Positions 1 through 9,127 of a stretch of DNA of 64,000 nt are shown in pieces; the first letter of the stretch is position 1; every line of letters starts with the position of its first letter. The stretch covers positions 192,001 through 256,000 of the forward strand of contig JAFATB010000025.1 of assembly GCA_019244185.1 (NCBI GenBank). Direction: 5' to 3'. Position numbers and translations under genes: made by a program. Source of the DNA: Acidobacteriota bacterium. GTDB lineage: Bacteria; Acidobacteriota; Thermoanaerobaculia; Gp7-AA8. The notes under the pieces were generated by a model. The model was not told where the DNA came from, did no database searches, and saw only the letters and a list, made by a program, of their open reading frames with translations.

Positions 1-167
1 CTCTTCTGAACGAGTTCCGACACCGCCTTGCGATCGACGGCGATCGCCACCGGCTCGCGGTGGCCGCCATAAACGACCGCCGGGACTTTGCCTTCGCGGC
101 GCAGCTTCTTCGCCACTTCCTTGCCGGTTTGCTCGCGGCGATTGACTTCCAACGTGACCTCAGCCAT
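1..167 (-). CDS. rplY: 50S ribosomal protein L25/general stress protein Ctc (5' part, truncated by window edge)
   Basis: Manual translation MAEVTLEVNRREQTGKEVAKKLRREGKVPAVVYGG matches the L25 N-terminus; GGAG RBS upstream; follows prs as in the conserved prs-rplY order. Confidence 0.93.
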   Translation of the reverse strand, partial: MAEVTLEVNRREQTGKEVAKKLRREGKVPAVVYGGHREPVAIAVDRKAVSELVQK

Positions 168-235
168 TTGCTGACTCCTGTGCGTAGTTAGACAGAACGC
201 GGTAAAGCGTTGAAAACGGGACGTTATTCCCGCGC

Positions 236-1180
236 TTACATCTCGAAGAGGCTCGAGACGGAATCCTCGTTGTGGATGCGCTTGATGGCTTCGGCCAGCA
301 GGCTCGCGATCGACAGCGTCCGCAGCTTCGGGCAGTCCGCTTCCTTCTCCTGCGTCGGAATGCTGTTCGTCGTGATGACCTGGTCGAGGCTGCACGTGTT
401 GATGCGCTGGATCGCGGGACCCGAGAGCACCGCGTGCGTGCACGCCGCCGAGATCGACTTCGCGCCTTTGTCGAACAGCGCCTGCACCGAGTGAATGAGC
501 GTGCCCGCGGTGTCGATGATGTCGTCGACGATGAAGACGTTGCGCCCTTCGACCTCGCCGATGATGTTCATCACCTCGGTCTGATTCTTCGCGAAGCGCC
601 GCTTGTCGATGATGGCCAGCGACGCGCCGAGGCGTTTCGCGTACGCACGCGCGCGCTCCACGCCGCCCGCGTCGGGAGAGACGATGGTGAGATTGTCGAG
701 GTCCATCGACTTGAAATGACCGACGATGACCGGCGCGGCGAAGAGATGGTCGACCGGGATGTTGAAGAAGCCCTGGATCTGCGCGGCGTGCAGATCGAGC
801 GTGAGCACGCGGTCGGCGCCGGCGGTGCTGATGAGGTCCGCGGCGAGCTTCGCGGTGATCGGCACGCGCGGCTTGTCCTTGCGGTCCTGCCGCGCGTAGC
901 CGTAGTACGGGATGACGGCGGTGACGCGTTTGGCCGAGGAGCGCTTGAATGCGTCGAGCATGATCAAGAGCTCCATGAGGTGATCGTTGACCGACGGCGG
1001 ACAGGTCGGCTGGATCACGAACACGTCGGCGCCGCGGACGTTCTCGTCGATCTGCACGTAATGTTCGCCGTCGGAGAAGCTGTACAGCGTCACGTGCCCG
1101 AGCCCGACGCCAAGGCATGCGCCGATCTCTTCGGCGAGTGCTGGGTGGGATCGACCGGAGAAGATTTTGAGCTCGGTCAA
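236..1180 (-). CDS. prs: Ribose-phosphate pyrophosphokinase
   Basis: Motifs FSDGE, PYYGYARQDRK, DLHAAQIQGFF, VSPDAGG, VDDIIDTAGT. TTG start at 1180 gives 314 aa. Confidence 0.97.
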   Translation of the reverse strand: MTELKIFSGRSHPALAEEIGACLGVGLGHVTLYSFSDGEHYVQIDENVRGADVFVIQPTCPPSVNDHLMELLIMLDAFKRSSAKRVTAVIPYYGYARQDRKDKPRVPITAKLAADLISTAGADRVLTLDLHAAQIQGFFNIPVDHLFAAPVIVGHFKSMDLDNLTIVSPDAGGVERARAYAKRLGASLAIIDKRRFAKNQTEVMNIIGEVEGRNVFIVDDIIDTAGTLIHSVQALFDKGAKSISAACTHAVLSGPAIQRINTCSLDQVITTNSIPTQEKEADCPKLRTLSIASLLAEAIKRIHNEDSVSSLFEM

Positions 1181-1190
1181 AGCGGCGGTG

Positions 1191-1196
1191 ATTATA
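1191..1196 (-). promoter_or_regulatory. sigma70-type -10 box (TATAAT) for prs
   Basis: Perfect TATAAT 10 nt upstream of the TTG start, in a ~70% GC background. Confidence 0.6.
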
Positions 1197-1220
1197 ACGG
1201 TGCGTGCAACGACGGATGCA

Positions 1221-2963
1221 ATGACTGACGAACGCGCGATCGACGTCCTGCTGGAGACGGTTTCCGATGCCGTGTGGATCGTCGCGCCTTCGCTCGAGGT
1301 CGTGCGCGCGAACGCGCCGTTCGCCGCGCTCGCCATCGACATGCGCGAGCCGTGGTGGCGCGACCTCTGCGCGCGCGTGCTCGCCGGACGCGGCGTCGCG
1401 GCTCCCGCACGCATCGGCGAGCGCACGTACGCGATCACGGCTAATCCGCTGCAAGAAAACGCCGGCGCGGTCTTCGTCGCGCGCGAGCTCACCGAGACGC
1501 GCGTCGAACGCGACGACCTGCTCGAGCTCGCGGTCACGCGAATCTTCGCGACGGACAAGCCGCTCGCGGCAACGCTCGTGGACGTGCTCGAGTTTCTCTG
1601 CGAGAGCGACGGCTGGGATTACGGCGCGCTGCGCATCGGAAGCGACGCGGCGCCGCCCGCGGCACCGATTGCGACACCGATAGCGACACCGATAGCGACA
1701 TGGACGCGCCCCGACGCGAACGTCGATCTCGCCGAGGCGCCGGCGACGGTCTCGCTGCGCGCCGCCGACCGGCTCGTCGGCGTGCTCGAGCTGCGGCCGT
1801 CGCGCGGCGGACATCCGCGCGCGCTCGAACGCGCCGGCGGCTCACTCGCGCGGCTCATCGAGCGACACAGACTCCTCGAAGCGATCGAGCGCAAAGGACA
1901 GGAGTGGAGCCTCACCTTCGATGCGATCGAGCTGCCGATCTTCATCACGCGCGTCGACGGCACGATCGCGCGCGTGAACCGCGCCGCGCGCGACCTCGCC
2001 GGCGCGGAGTTCGAGTCGGTCGTCGGACGCCCGATCGCCATCGACGCGCGCGAGCCGTGGCGCACGCTCGCCGACGTCGTCGCCGCCGTGCGCGACAGCC
2101 GCACGCCGTGCACCGCCCAGCTCACCGACAACACGCGCACGTGGGACGTCAGCGCGAGCTGGTTCCGCTCCGCGAGCGACGACGACGAGCGAGTCATCAT
2201 CGTCATGCGCGACGTCACGACCGTCATCGAGCTGCAGGAGTCGGTGCGCCGCGGCGAGCAGCTCGCCGCGCTCGGCGAGCTCGTGGCCGGCGTCGCGCAC
2301 GAGGTGCGCAATCCGATCTTCGGCATGGGCCTCACCGTCGACGCGCTGCAGAGCATGCTGCCGGATGACGACGACTTCAACGAGCTCGCCGGCGTGCTGC
2401 GCACGTGGCTCGACCGCCTCAACCGCCTCATGGAATCGCTGCTCGAATACGGCCGCACGTGGACGCTCGAACTGCGCGGCGGCACGCTCGGCGACGTCCT
2501 GCCGCCGGTCATCGACGGCTGCCGGCAGATCGCCGCGCAGTCGTCCGTCGCCATCGAGACGGCGATCGAGCCCGATCTCGCGATGCTGCTCGATCCGAGC
2601 CGCCTCACGCACGCGTTCGAGAACCTCATCACGAACGCGATCCAGCATTCGAGCGCGGGCGATCGCGTCGTGATCTCCGCGCGCGCGCTCCGCGACGGCG
2701 GACGCGACGTCATCGAATGCGCCGTGCGCGACGAAGGTCCCGGCTTTTCGCCGTCCGATCTTCCGCGCGTCTTTCAGCCGTTCTTCACGCGCCGCCGCGG
2801 CGGCACCGGGCTCGGACTGTCGATCGTGCAGCGGATCGTGGATGAGCACGGTGGCACCGTCAGTGCAGGAAACGCCGAAGGCGGCGGAGCCGTTGTTACG
2901 ATGCGTTTCCCTGCATGGCGCGAATGGTCCACGACACGAACGAACGAACCCACCACATCCTGA
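1221..2963 (+). CDS. PAS/GAF-containing sensor histidine kinase
   Basis: H-box VAHEVRNP, N-box ENLITNA, DEGPG, FQPFFT, GTGLGL; PAS-like segments (VNRAARDL). Confidence 0.92.
   Translation: MTDERAIDVLLETVSDAVWIVAPSLEVVRANAPFAALAIDMREPWWRDLCARVLAGRGVAAPARIGERTYAITANPLQENAGAVFVARELTETRVERDDLLELAVTRIFATDKPLAATLVDVLEFLCESDGWDYGALRIGSDAAPPAAPIATPIATPIATWTRPDANVDLAEAPATVSLRAADRLVGVLELRPSRGGHPRALERAGGSLARLIERHRLLEAIERKGQEWSLTFDAIELPIFITRVDGTIARVNRAARDLAGAEFESVVGRPIAIDAREPWRTLADVVAAVRDSRTPCTAQLTDNTRTWDVSASWFRSASDDDERVIIVMRDVTTVIELQESVRRGEQLAALGELVAGVAHEVRNPIFGMGLTVDALQSMLPDDDDFNELAGVLRTWLDRLNRLMESLLEYGRTWTLELRGGTLGDVLPPVIDGCRQIAAQSSVAIETAIEPDLAMLLDPSRLTHAFENLITNAIQHSSAGDRVVISARALRDGGRDVIECAVRDEGPGFSPSDLPRVFQPFFTRRRGGTGLGLSIVQRIVDEHGGTVSAGNAEGGGAVVTMRFPAWREWSTTRTNEPTTS
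1665..1700 (+). repeat. In-frame 12-bp tandem repeat x3 (CCGATWGCGACA; PIAT x3)
   Basis: ccgattgcgaca ccgatagcgaca ccgatagcgaca read directly. Confidence 0.85.
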
Positions 2964-3319
2964 TCGTCGACGACGAGGAACTGATCGTCCTCGCGATGCG
3001 CAAGTACTTCGAAGGCCTCGGCTACCGCGTCGATGCCGCGCACGAGCTCGAGGAGGCGCAGGCGCTGCTCGCCAACCGCGCCTACGACCTCGTCATCGCC
3101 GACCTCCGCCTCACCGGCATCGGCGGCGTCGAAGGCCTGCAGATCGTCTCCGACGTCCACCAGCGCCACGCGCACACGCGGGTCATCCTGCTCAGCGCAT
3201 TCGGCACGCCGGAGATCGAGCGCGAGTCGTACAACCGCGGCGCCGACGCGTTCCTCCACAAGCCGAAGGCGATGATGGAGATCGCGAACGTGGCCATGAA
3301 TCTGCTCGAGCAGAGCTGA
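2924..3319 (+). CDS. Single-domain response regulator (receiver)
   Basis: ILIVDDE, DLVIADLRL, ILLSA, FLHKP; overlaps the kinase 3' end. Confidence 0.9.
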   Translation: MVHDTNERTHHILIVDDEELIVLAMRKYFEGLGYRVDAAHELEEAQALLANRAYDLVIADLRLTGIGGVEGLQIVSDVHQRHAHTRVILLSAFGTPEIERESYNRGADAFLHKPKAMMEIANVAMNLLEQS

Positions 3320-4068
3320 TGAGCGAATCGGCGCTCAACCGCATCCTGCAACCCGGCGGCATCACGCCCGTCTATCAGCCGCTCTTCCGCGCCGCCGGCG
3401 CGACGATCCGCATGCACGGACTGGAGTGCCTCTCGCGCGGTCCGCGCGGCACGAACTTCGAGTCGGCGAACGTGCTCTTCGAATACGTGCGGCTCAAGCG
3501 CGAGGAGTCGCTCGTCGACCGCGCGTGCGTCGCCGCGGCGCTGCGCGGCGCGTCGTCGCTGCCGCAGGGACTCGCGCTCACGATCAACGTGCACGCGTCG
3601 ACGCTGGGACGCGACCACGCGTTCCTGCCGTTCCTCACGTCGACCGCCGCCGCCACCGGCATCGAGCTCTCGCGCGTCACCGTCGACATCGTCGAGCACG
3701 CGCCGCCGTGGGACGGCGTGAGCTTTCTCGCCGCGATCGCGCAGCTCCGCGACCTCGGCGCCACGATCGCCCTCGACGACGTCGGCCTCGGGCAATCGAA
3801 CTTCAAGATGCTGCTCGACGTGAAGCCCGACTACCTGAAGCTCGACCGCTACTTCGTCGAGTCGTGCGCGCACGACCGCGAGCGTCGCGCCGTCATCGCC
3901 GCGCTGCAACAGCTCGCGCGCGAGTTCCACGCGGAGCTCGTCGCCGAGGGCGTGACGACGAAAGAGGATGCCGAGACGCTGCAGCAGCTCGGCATCACGC
4001 TCATGCAGGGCTTCTTCTTCGCGGAGCCGCTCACGCTCGAACAGGCGCAGGCGTTCTTCCGCGGCTGA
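3319..4068 (+). CDS. Stand-alone EAL-domain c-di-GMP phosphodiesterase
   Basis: YQP, ECL (EAL variant), INV, ALDDVG, LKLDR, AEGV, QGF; TGATG overlap with the receiver gene. Confidence 0.9.
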   Translation: MSESALNRILQPGGITPVYQPLFRAAGATIRMHGLECLSRGPRGTNFESANVLFEYVRLKREESLVDRACVAAALRGASSLPQGLALTINVHASTLGRDHAFLPFLTSTAAATGIELSRVTVDIVEHAPPWDGVSFLAAIAQLRDLGATIALDDVGLGQSNFKMLLDVKPDYLKLDRYFVESCAHDRERRAVIAALQQLAREFHAELVAEGVTTKEDAETLQQLGITLMQGFFFAEPLTLEQAQAFFRG

Positions 4069-4093
4069 CGCGGCGCTCGGCGATGCGCGCCGC

Positions 4094-4366
4094 TTACTGC
4101 GGCATCCACATCGACTGCGCGGCGATCAGCTCCACGTCGCCCGGCAGCGGCAGCAGCGCGGAGGCTTTCGTGAAGAACGCCAGTCCCTTGTAGCTGGTGA
4201 CGTAGCGATGTCCCGGCTGAAAGAAACGCGGCGCGGAGTACACGACCAGCGCTTCCTTCTGTTTCTGCACGAGCCGGAGAAAGGCGTCCGGCTCGACGCG
4301 CACGAGCGTGCCGGACGCTTTGATCGCCGCGATGATCGCGGCGGCGGCTGCGGCTCCCGCGGTCAC
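4094..4366 (-). CDS. Small hypothetical protein
   Basis: 90 aa with natural composition; GTGA overlap with the upstream small ORF. Confidence 0.7.
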   Translation of the reverse strand: MTAGAAAAAAIIAAIKASGTLVRVEPDAFLRLVQKQKEALVVYSAPRFFQPGHRYVTSYKGLAFFTKASALLPLPGDVELIAAQSMWMPQ

Positions 4367-4539
4367 GGTTCCTCGGTGACGACGGGGCCGTCGAGCGGCT
4401 CCATGCCTTCGAGATCGGGATCGCCTCCGGAGGCGATCTGGTTCTTGCGGTCGGCGCGGCGCGCCGCCTTCATCTGCTGCTTCTCGCGTTTGGCTTGTTC
4501 ACGCTGACGCTTCACGACGGACGGTCTCGGTTTTGCCAA
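4363..4539 (-). CDS. Small basic hypothetical protein (58 aa)
   Basis: TTG start preceded by AGGAG; KRQREQAKREKQQMKAARR basic helix plus acidic tail. Confidence 0.7.
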   Translation of the reverse strand: MAKPRPSVVKRQREQAKREKQQMKAARRADRKNQIASGGDPDLEGMEPLDGPVVTEEP

Positions 4540-4559
4540 TGGCGACGTTCTCCTGAAAT

Positions 4560-4589
4560 GCAAAGAGCAGGATCGCTCCTGCTCTTTGC
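4560..4589. promoter_or_regulatory. Perfect 13-bp stem hairpin between divergent genes
   Basis: GCAAAGAGCAGGA-tcgc-TCCTGCTCTTTGC. Confidence 0.6.
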
Positions 4590-4683
4590 TGTGGTTTGTG
4601 CTGCGATTAGATCACGTTTGCGGCATTTCTCCGGAAAAACCGGCGCGCGCGACAGACCAACGGTCGTGAAAGGAGAAACGCTC

Positions 4684-5952
4684 ATGAAAGAAGTGATCTA
4701 CGAGGTCAACGACGTCAACACGACTCTGCAGGCCAACCTGCTCCGCGTCACCGCGGCAGGCGAGACCACGACCACCGGCTGGAGCGGCGGCGAGCTCCGC
4801 TTCGACGGACGGGAAGACGACACCCTCGTCTTCACCTTCGTCGCCACGCCGCCGGAAGGCATCATCATCCCCATCTTCACGCCGATCGAGTCCGCGCCGT
4901 TCGAGATCCCGCTGATGCCGCCGTTCTTCCCGCACTACGTCCGGGTGCGCGCGGCGCACAACGAGATCCGCGTGGCCATCGGCAAGGAGCTGGTCTACGA
5001 GGTGACGAGCGGCACCGCCGTCGGACGCGGCCCCGCGATCGAAGTCTCCGCGAACGGCATGACCACCGAGAACGACTGGACGGATGCGGAGCTCGTGCTG
5101 CAGCCCGGCTGCCGTTACGAGTACTGGTTCATGGCGCGACGCGGCGGCGCGCTTCCCGTGCTGACGCCGATCGCCGCCGGTCCCGAGGAGACGCTCGTGC
5201 GCCTGCCGTATCCGCAGCAGGTCGCGATCAAAGCGCGCACGAACAAGATCGACGTCGGCGTCAACGACGCGGAGAAACAGCGGATCCTGCACGTCGATGC
5301 GGCGCACGCGAAGCTCAGCGGCAACATGCTCGTCGTCGAAGCGCACGGAGAAACCTCGACCGCCGGCTGGAGCGAGCCGGAGCTGCGCCTCGCCAGCAGC
5401 AGCGAAGAGACGTACATCTTCGACTTCGTCGCGCTGCCGCCGAACGGCCCCGTCGCGCAGGTCCTCACGCCGATCTCCGTGCGCGGCGAGTTCGGCCCGA
5501 TGAATCTGCCGTTCAACGCGAAGGTCATCGTGCGCGCGGAACTGAACGAGGTCGTCGCATCCCAGGACGCACAGCGCCCCGCTGATGCGAACGCGCAGAA
5601 GGAGCTCGTCTACCGCGTCGACAGCGTCGAAGCGTCGTGGAACGGGCAGTACGTGGAGACGAAGGCGAACGGGATCGTCGTCTCGAGCGGCTACACGCAG
5701 CCCGAGTTGCGCCTGCTCCGCCGCACGAACGACACGATCTTCTTCTCGTTCCTCGCGCTGCGGCCGCAAGGTCCCGCGATTCCGGTCATCGAAGAGATCA
5801 GCGCCTCCGCGTCGACCGGCCCGGAGATGCCGCTCTTCCCGAGCTTCGTGGTCGTGTTCAGCGCGACGAACGCGAAACGCGTGCGGATCGAGAACGCCGC
5901 CGCCGCAACGGCGAAGAAATCGTCGTCGAAGCAGCCGCAGGCCAGCGCGTAG
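4684..5952 (+). CDS. Hypothetical protein of four tandem ~95-105 aa beta-rich domains
   Basis: AGGAG RBS; recurring pattern KE(L/V)xYxV...A.G.(T)..G(W/Y)...EL....F.F.A.P....V.TPI.....V.V.A..N. Confidence 0.85.
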   Translation: MKEVIYEVNDVNTTLQANLLRVTAAGETTTTGWSGGELRFDGREDDTLVFTFVATPPEGIIIPIFTPIESAPFEIPLMPPFFPHYVRVRAAHNEIRVAIGKELVYEVTSGTAVGRGPAIEVSANGMTTENDWTDAELVLQPGCRYEYWFMARRGGALPVLTPIAAGPEETLVRLPYPQQVAIKARTNKIDVGVNDAEKQRILHVDAAHAKLSGNMLVVEAHGETSTAGWSEPELRLASSSEETYIFDFVALPPNGPVAQVLTPISVRGEFGPMNLPFNAKVIVRAELNEVVASQDAQRPADANAQKELVYRVDSVEASWNGQYVETKANGIVVSSGYTQPELRLLRRTNDTIFFSFLALRPQGPAIPVIEEISASASTGPEMPLFPSFVVVFSATNAKRVRIENAAAATAKKSSSKQPQASA

Positions 5953-6014
5953 CCATCACCACGCAACGTCGTGCGGCGACGCTCGTCGCCGCACGACGGC
6001 ACGCGCGGCGGGTC

Positions 6015-6030
6015 CGGCAGCGCTCTTGCG
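6015..6030 (+). promoter_or_regulatory. Putative sigma54 -24/-12 promoter (flippase)
   Basis: CGGCAGCGCTCTTGCG: GG-N10-GC with TTGC, 18 nt before the GTG at 6049. Confidence 0.55.
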
Positions 6031-6048
6031 TTCGCTCACGCGACGAGC

Positions 6049-7572
6049 GTGCTTCCCGAGGACGAGACTCCCGACCCGAACACCCCCACGAACGCGGCCA
6101 CCAGCGACGTCGGACGCCAGACCTTTCGCGCGGCGGCGTGGGGCTTCGTCGCCGCGGCCGGCAAGCGCGTGTTCACGCTCGTCGGACTGATGCTCCTCGC
6201 GCGCGTGCTCGAGCCGCACGAGTTCGGCGTCATCGGCTTCGCGATGCTCTACCTGACGATGGTCGAAGTGGTCGGCGACCTCGGCACCGGCGAGGCGCTC
6301 GTCTACTGGCCGGAACGACGCGACGACGCAACGCAGGTCACGTTCCTCGTCAACGTCGCTGCCGGCATCTTCTGGTCGCTCACGTCGCTCCTCGTCGCGC
6401 CGCTCGTCGCCGGTTTCTTTCACGAACCGAACGGCGCGATCGTGCTGCGCGTCCTCTCCGTCACGACGCTCATCAAGTTCCTCGGCAACACGCACGACGC
6501 GCTGGCGAAGAAGGACCTTCGCTTCCGCTCGCGCACCGGACCCGAGCTCGCGCTCACCGCCATCAAGTCCGCCGTCGCGCTCGTCCTCGCCTACCTCGGC
6601 TTCGGCGCGTGGAGTCTCGTGTGGGGCCACATCGCCGGCATCGCCGCCTGGACAATCCTGCTCTGGTTCATCATCCCGTGGCGTCCGTCGCTGCGCGTGC
6701 CGACGGACCTCCTCGCGCCGATGCTCCGTTACGGCCGCGGCATTCTCGCCGTCGAGCTGCTGGCCGCCTTCATGTTCTACGTCGACGTCGTCGGCGTCGG
6801 CCGCTACCTCGGCGTGACCGCGCTCGCGCTGTATCAGATGGCCTCGCGCATCCCCGACTCGAGCATCATGGTGCTGATCTGGGTCGCCGCGAGCGCGCTC
6901 TTCCCCGCGTTCGCGAAACTGCACGCCGAAGGCGCCGACATTCAGCGCGCGTACCTCGTCGCCACGCGCTGCATGGCCGCGATGACGCTCCCCGCGTGCC
7001 TCGGCCTCGCGTTCCTCGCGCGTCCGGTGATCCTCGTCTTCTTCGGCTCGCACTGGGCCGCGGCCGCGCCGATCCTTTCGATTCTCTCGATCTACGTCGG
7101 CTTCCGCGGCCTCGACGAAGTCGGCAACGTGCTCAAGGCGACGGGCCGCGTGCAGACGCTCGTCTGGCTGACGGTGGCGAAAGCGATCGCGCTCGTTCCC
7201 GCGATCCTCATCAGCGCGCGCATCAGCGCCCCCGCCGTCGCCGCCGCGCTGGCGATCGTCTACGGCGCCGGCACGCTGGTCACGACGGTGATCGCCGCGC
7301 GCGTCATTCACGTGCCGATCGGCGCGATCGCGCTCGCCTACGCGCGCAGCGCGGAGGCGGCGGCCGCGATGAGCCTCGCGCTGTACGGATGGATGCGCGT
7401 CTGCGGCCGCTTCGACGAGCTCGTGCAGCTCGCCGGAGGACTCCTGATCGGCGCCGCGGTTTATCTCGTCGCGCTGCGCCTCACCGACCCGGAGATTTTC
7501 GAGTGGCTGCGCAACGTGCTCAGGTCGAAGCGTAGCGCCGCGTCAGATGCTCTCGCAGCGACGCAATCATGA
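6049..7572 (+). CDS. Wzx/PST-family polysaccharide flippase
   Basis: LARVLEPHEFG, DLGTGEALV, VGRYLG, LFPAFAK; about 12-14 hydrophobic segments. Confidence 0.9.
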   Translation: MLPEDETPDPNTPTNAATSDVGRQTFRAAAWGFVAAAGKRVFTLVGLMLLARVLEPHEFGVIGFAMLYLTMVEVVGDLGTGEALVYWPERRDDATQVTFLVNVAAGIFWSLTSLLVAPLVAGFFHEPNGAIVLRVLSVTTLIKFLGNTHDALAKKDLRFRSRTGPELALTAIKSAVALVLAYLGFGAWSLVWGHIAGIAAWTILLWFIIPWRPSLRVPTDLLAPMLRYGRGILAVELLAAFMFYVDVVGVGRYLGVTALALYQMASRIPDSSIMVLIWVAASALFPAFAKLHAEGADIQRAYLVATRCMAAMTLPACLGLAFLARPVILVFFGSHWAAAAPILSILSIYVGFRGLDEVGNVLKATGRVQTLVWLTVAKAIALVPAILISARISAPAVAAALAIVYGAGTLVTTVIAARVIHVPIGAIALAYARSAEAAAAMSLALYGWMRVCGRFDELVQLAGGLLIGAAVYLVALRLTDPEIFEWLRNVLRSKRSAASDALAATQS

Positions 7573-9127
7573 CCTCGCGCGTCGCCTTCGACTCGAACGT
7601 ATGCGTCGCGTTCGCGATGCGCCACAACGCGATGCGGCCTTCCTTGCGCAGCGCGCGCACGGTCGGGCCGGCGCCGAGCATGAGCAGTTCGTAGCCGGGG
7701 TCGAATTGGGAGAAGACGAAGGTGAGCTGGCGGCCGGCGCCGACGATCGCGCGGAGGTTGCGCTCGATCGTGGGATCGCCTTTCTTCGGCTTTGCGAGGA
7801 GGCGCGCGCGGTCGATGACGGTGCGCACGATCGTCGACAGCGGCGTCTCGCGGCGGAAGAGGCGCTTCCAGCCGGCCAGCGTGCGCATCGAGCGGAGATA
7901 GCGCTGCCATTCGGAGTAGCTCGTCGTCGGTTGATCGAGCGACATGCCGCGCTGGTAGTCGAACGTCAGCGGGTTGATGACGATGCTCTCGACGATCGGC
8001 GCGCTCGCGAGTCCCGCGGCGGCGTGAAACGACGCGTGCGCGCCGGAGCAGACGCCGGCGAGGACGACGCGCGGCGCGTGCAGTCGCGCGACGACATCGG
8101 CGAGGACGTCGCTCGATTCCGGCAGGTACGGATCGTTTTCGCGCGCAACGTCGTCGATCACGCTGTCGCCGAGTCCCGGCAGATCGAAGCGCAGCGTGCG
8201 GAAGCCGGCCTGCGCGAGCGCGCGCGCGACGTGGACGTACAAGCGATTCGGTCCGACGTGATGCGTCGAGCCGGCGTTGACGAGCAGGATGGCCGGCGCG
8301 TCTGACTTGCGCGACGACGGCTCGCTCGCGATGCCGAAGATGCCGTCGAAACGTACGAACGATTCGCGCGCATCGCCGAAGGTCGCGGTCTCGCGCAACG
8401 CGCCGATTGGTTGCGCGCACTGCATCGCGTCGCCGCTCCACGCGATCAGCTGATCGACCGTGCGCGCGATCGCGTCATGCGGGACGACGGCGGAGTGCGG
8501 CGGCAGGAACATCTCGTCGAACCGTTCGCCGAGCGTCAGCACGCGTGTCGTGCGCGGCGCGCCGGGACTCAACGCGCCGAGGTCGCGCTGCGTCTCCTCG
8601 GTCACGACGAAGCCGCCCGGCTCGATCGAGCCGTCGGTCGACACGGCGTCGCGGTTGATGCCGGTGAGATGCAGCGCCTTCAGCTCGCGCGCGTACGCAC
8701 GGCCGCGCACCGGCGCCCACTGCACGAGGCAGTCGACGTCGTCGCGTTCGGCGGCGACGGCGGCGGCGAGGGTCGCGCCGAGGCGGATGCCGAGGAGGCC
8801 GATGCGCGGAGCGTGCGCGAGCGCGCGCAGCGTCGTCATCGCCGTGCCGATCGACGCGCTCCACGCGGCGACGCGCGCGGGATCTTCGTCGTCGCCGGCG
8901 GAGTCGCCGGTGCCGTCGTAGTCGAAGCGCAGCGCGGGAATGCCCGCGCGCGCGAGCGCGTCGGCGAGATGCCGCTCGGATCGATGACTGTTGACGTACT
9001 CGTGGCCGAGCGGCGGACAGATCACGATCGCGAGCTCGCGCTGCCGGCCGTCCGCCGGCGCGTGATACCACCCGAAGAGCGCGCGCGCATCGGGGCCAAA
9101 GTACAGCGGCGTGCGCGTGACGTTCAT
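7520..9127 (-). CDS. Two-domain alpha/beta-hydrolase (resembles a fusion of exosortase-A-associated hydrolases 2 and 1)
   Basis: Two LRFD(Y/L)xGxGDS motifs; elbows GIRLG and GVCSG; C-terminal ATHTF. Confidence 0.8.
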   Translation of the reverse strand: MNVTRTPLYFGPDARALFGWYHAPADGRQRELAIVICPPLGHEYVNSHRSERHLADALARAGIPALRFDYDGTGDSAGDDEDPARVAAWSASIGTAMTTLRALAHAPRIGLLGIRLGATLAAAVAAERDDVDCLVQWAPVRGRAYARELKALHLTGINRDAVSTDGSIEPGGFVVTEETQRDLGALSPGAPRTTRVLTLGERFDEMFLPPHSAVVPHDAIARTVDQLIAWSGDAMQCAQPIGALRETATFGDARESFVRFDGIFGIASEPSSRKSDAPAILLVNAGSTHHVGPNRLYVHVARALAQAGFRTLRFDLPGLGDSVIDDVARENDPYLPESSDVLADVVARLHAPRVVLAGVCSGAHASFHAAAGLASAPIVESIVINPLTFDYQRGMSLDQPTTSYSEWQRYLRSMRTLAGWKRLFRRETPLSTIVRTVIDRARLLAKPKKGDPTIERNLRAIVGAGRQLTFVFSQFDPGYELLMLGAGPTVRALRKEGRIALWRIANATHTFESKATREVMIASLREHLTRRYAST

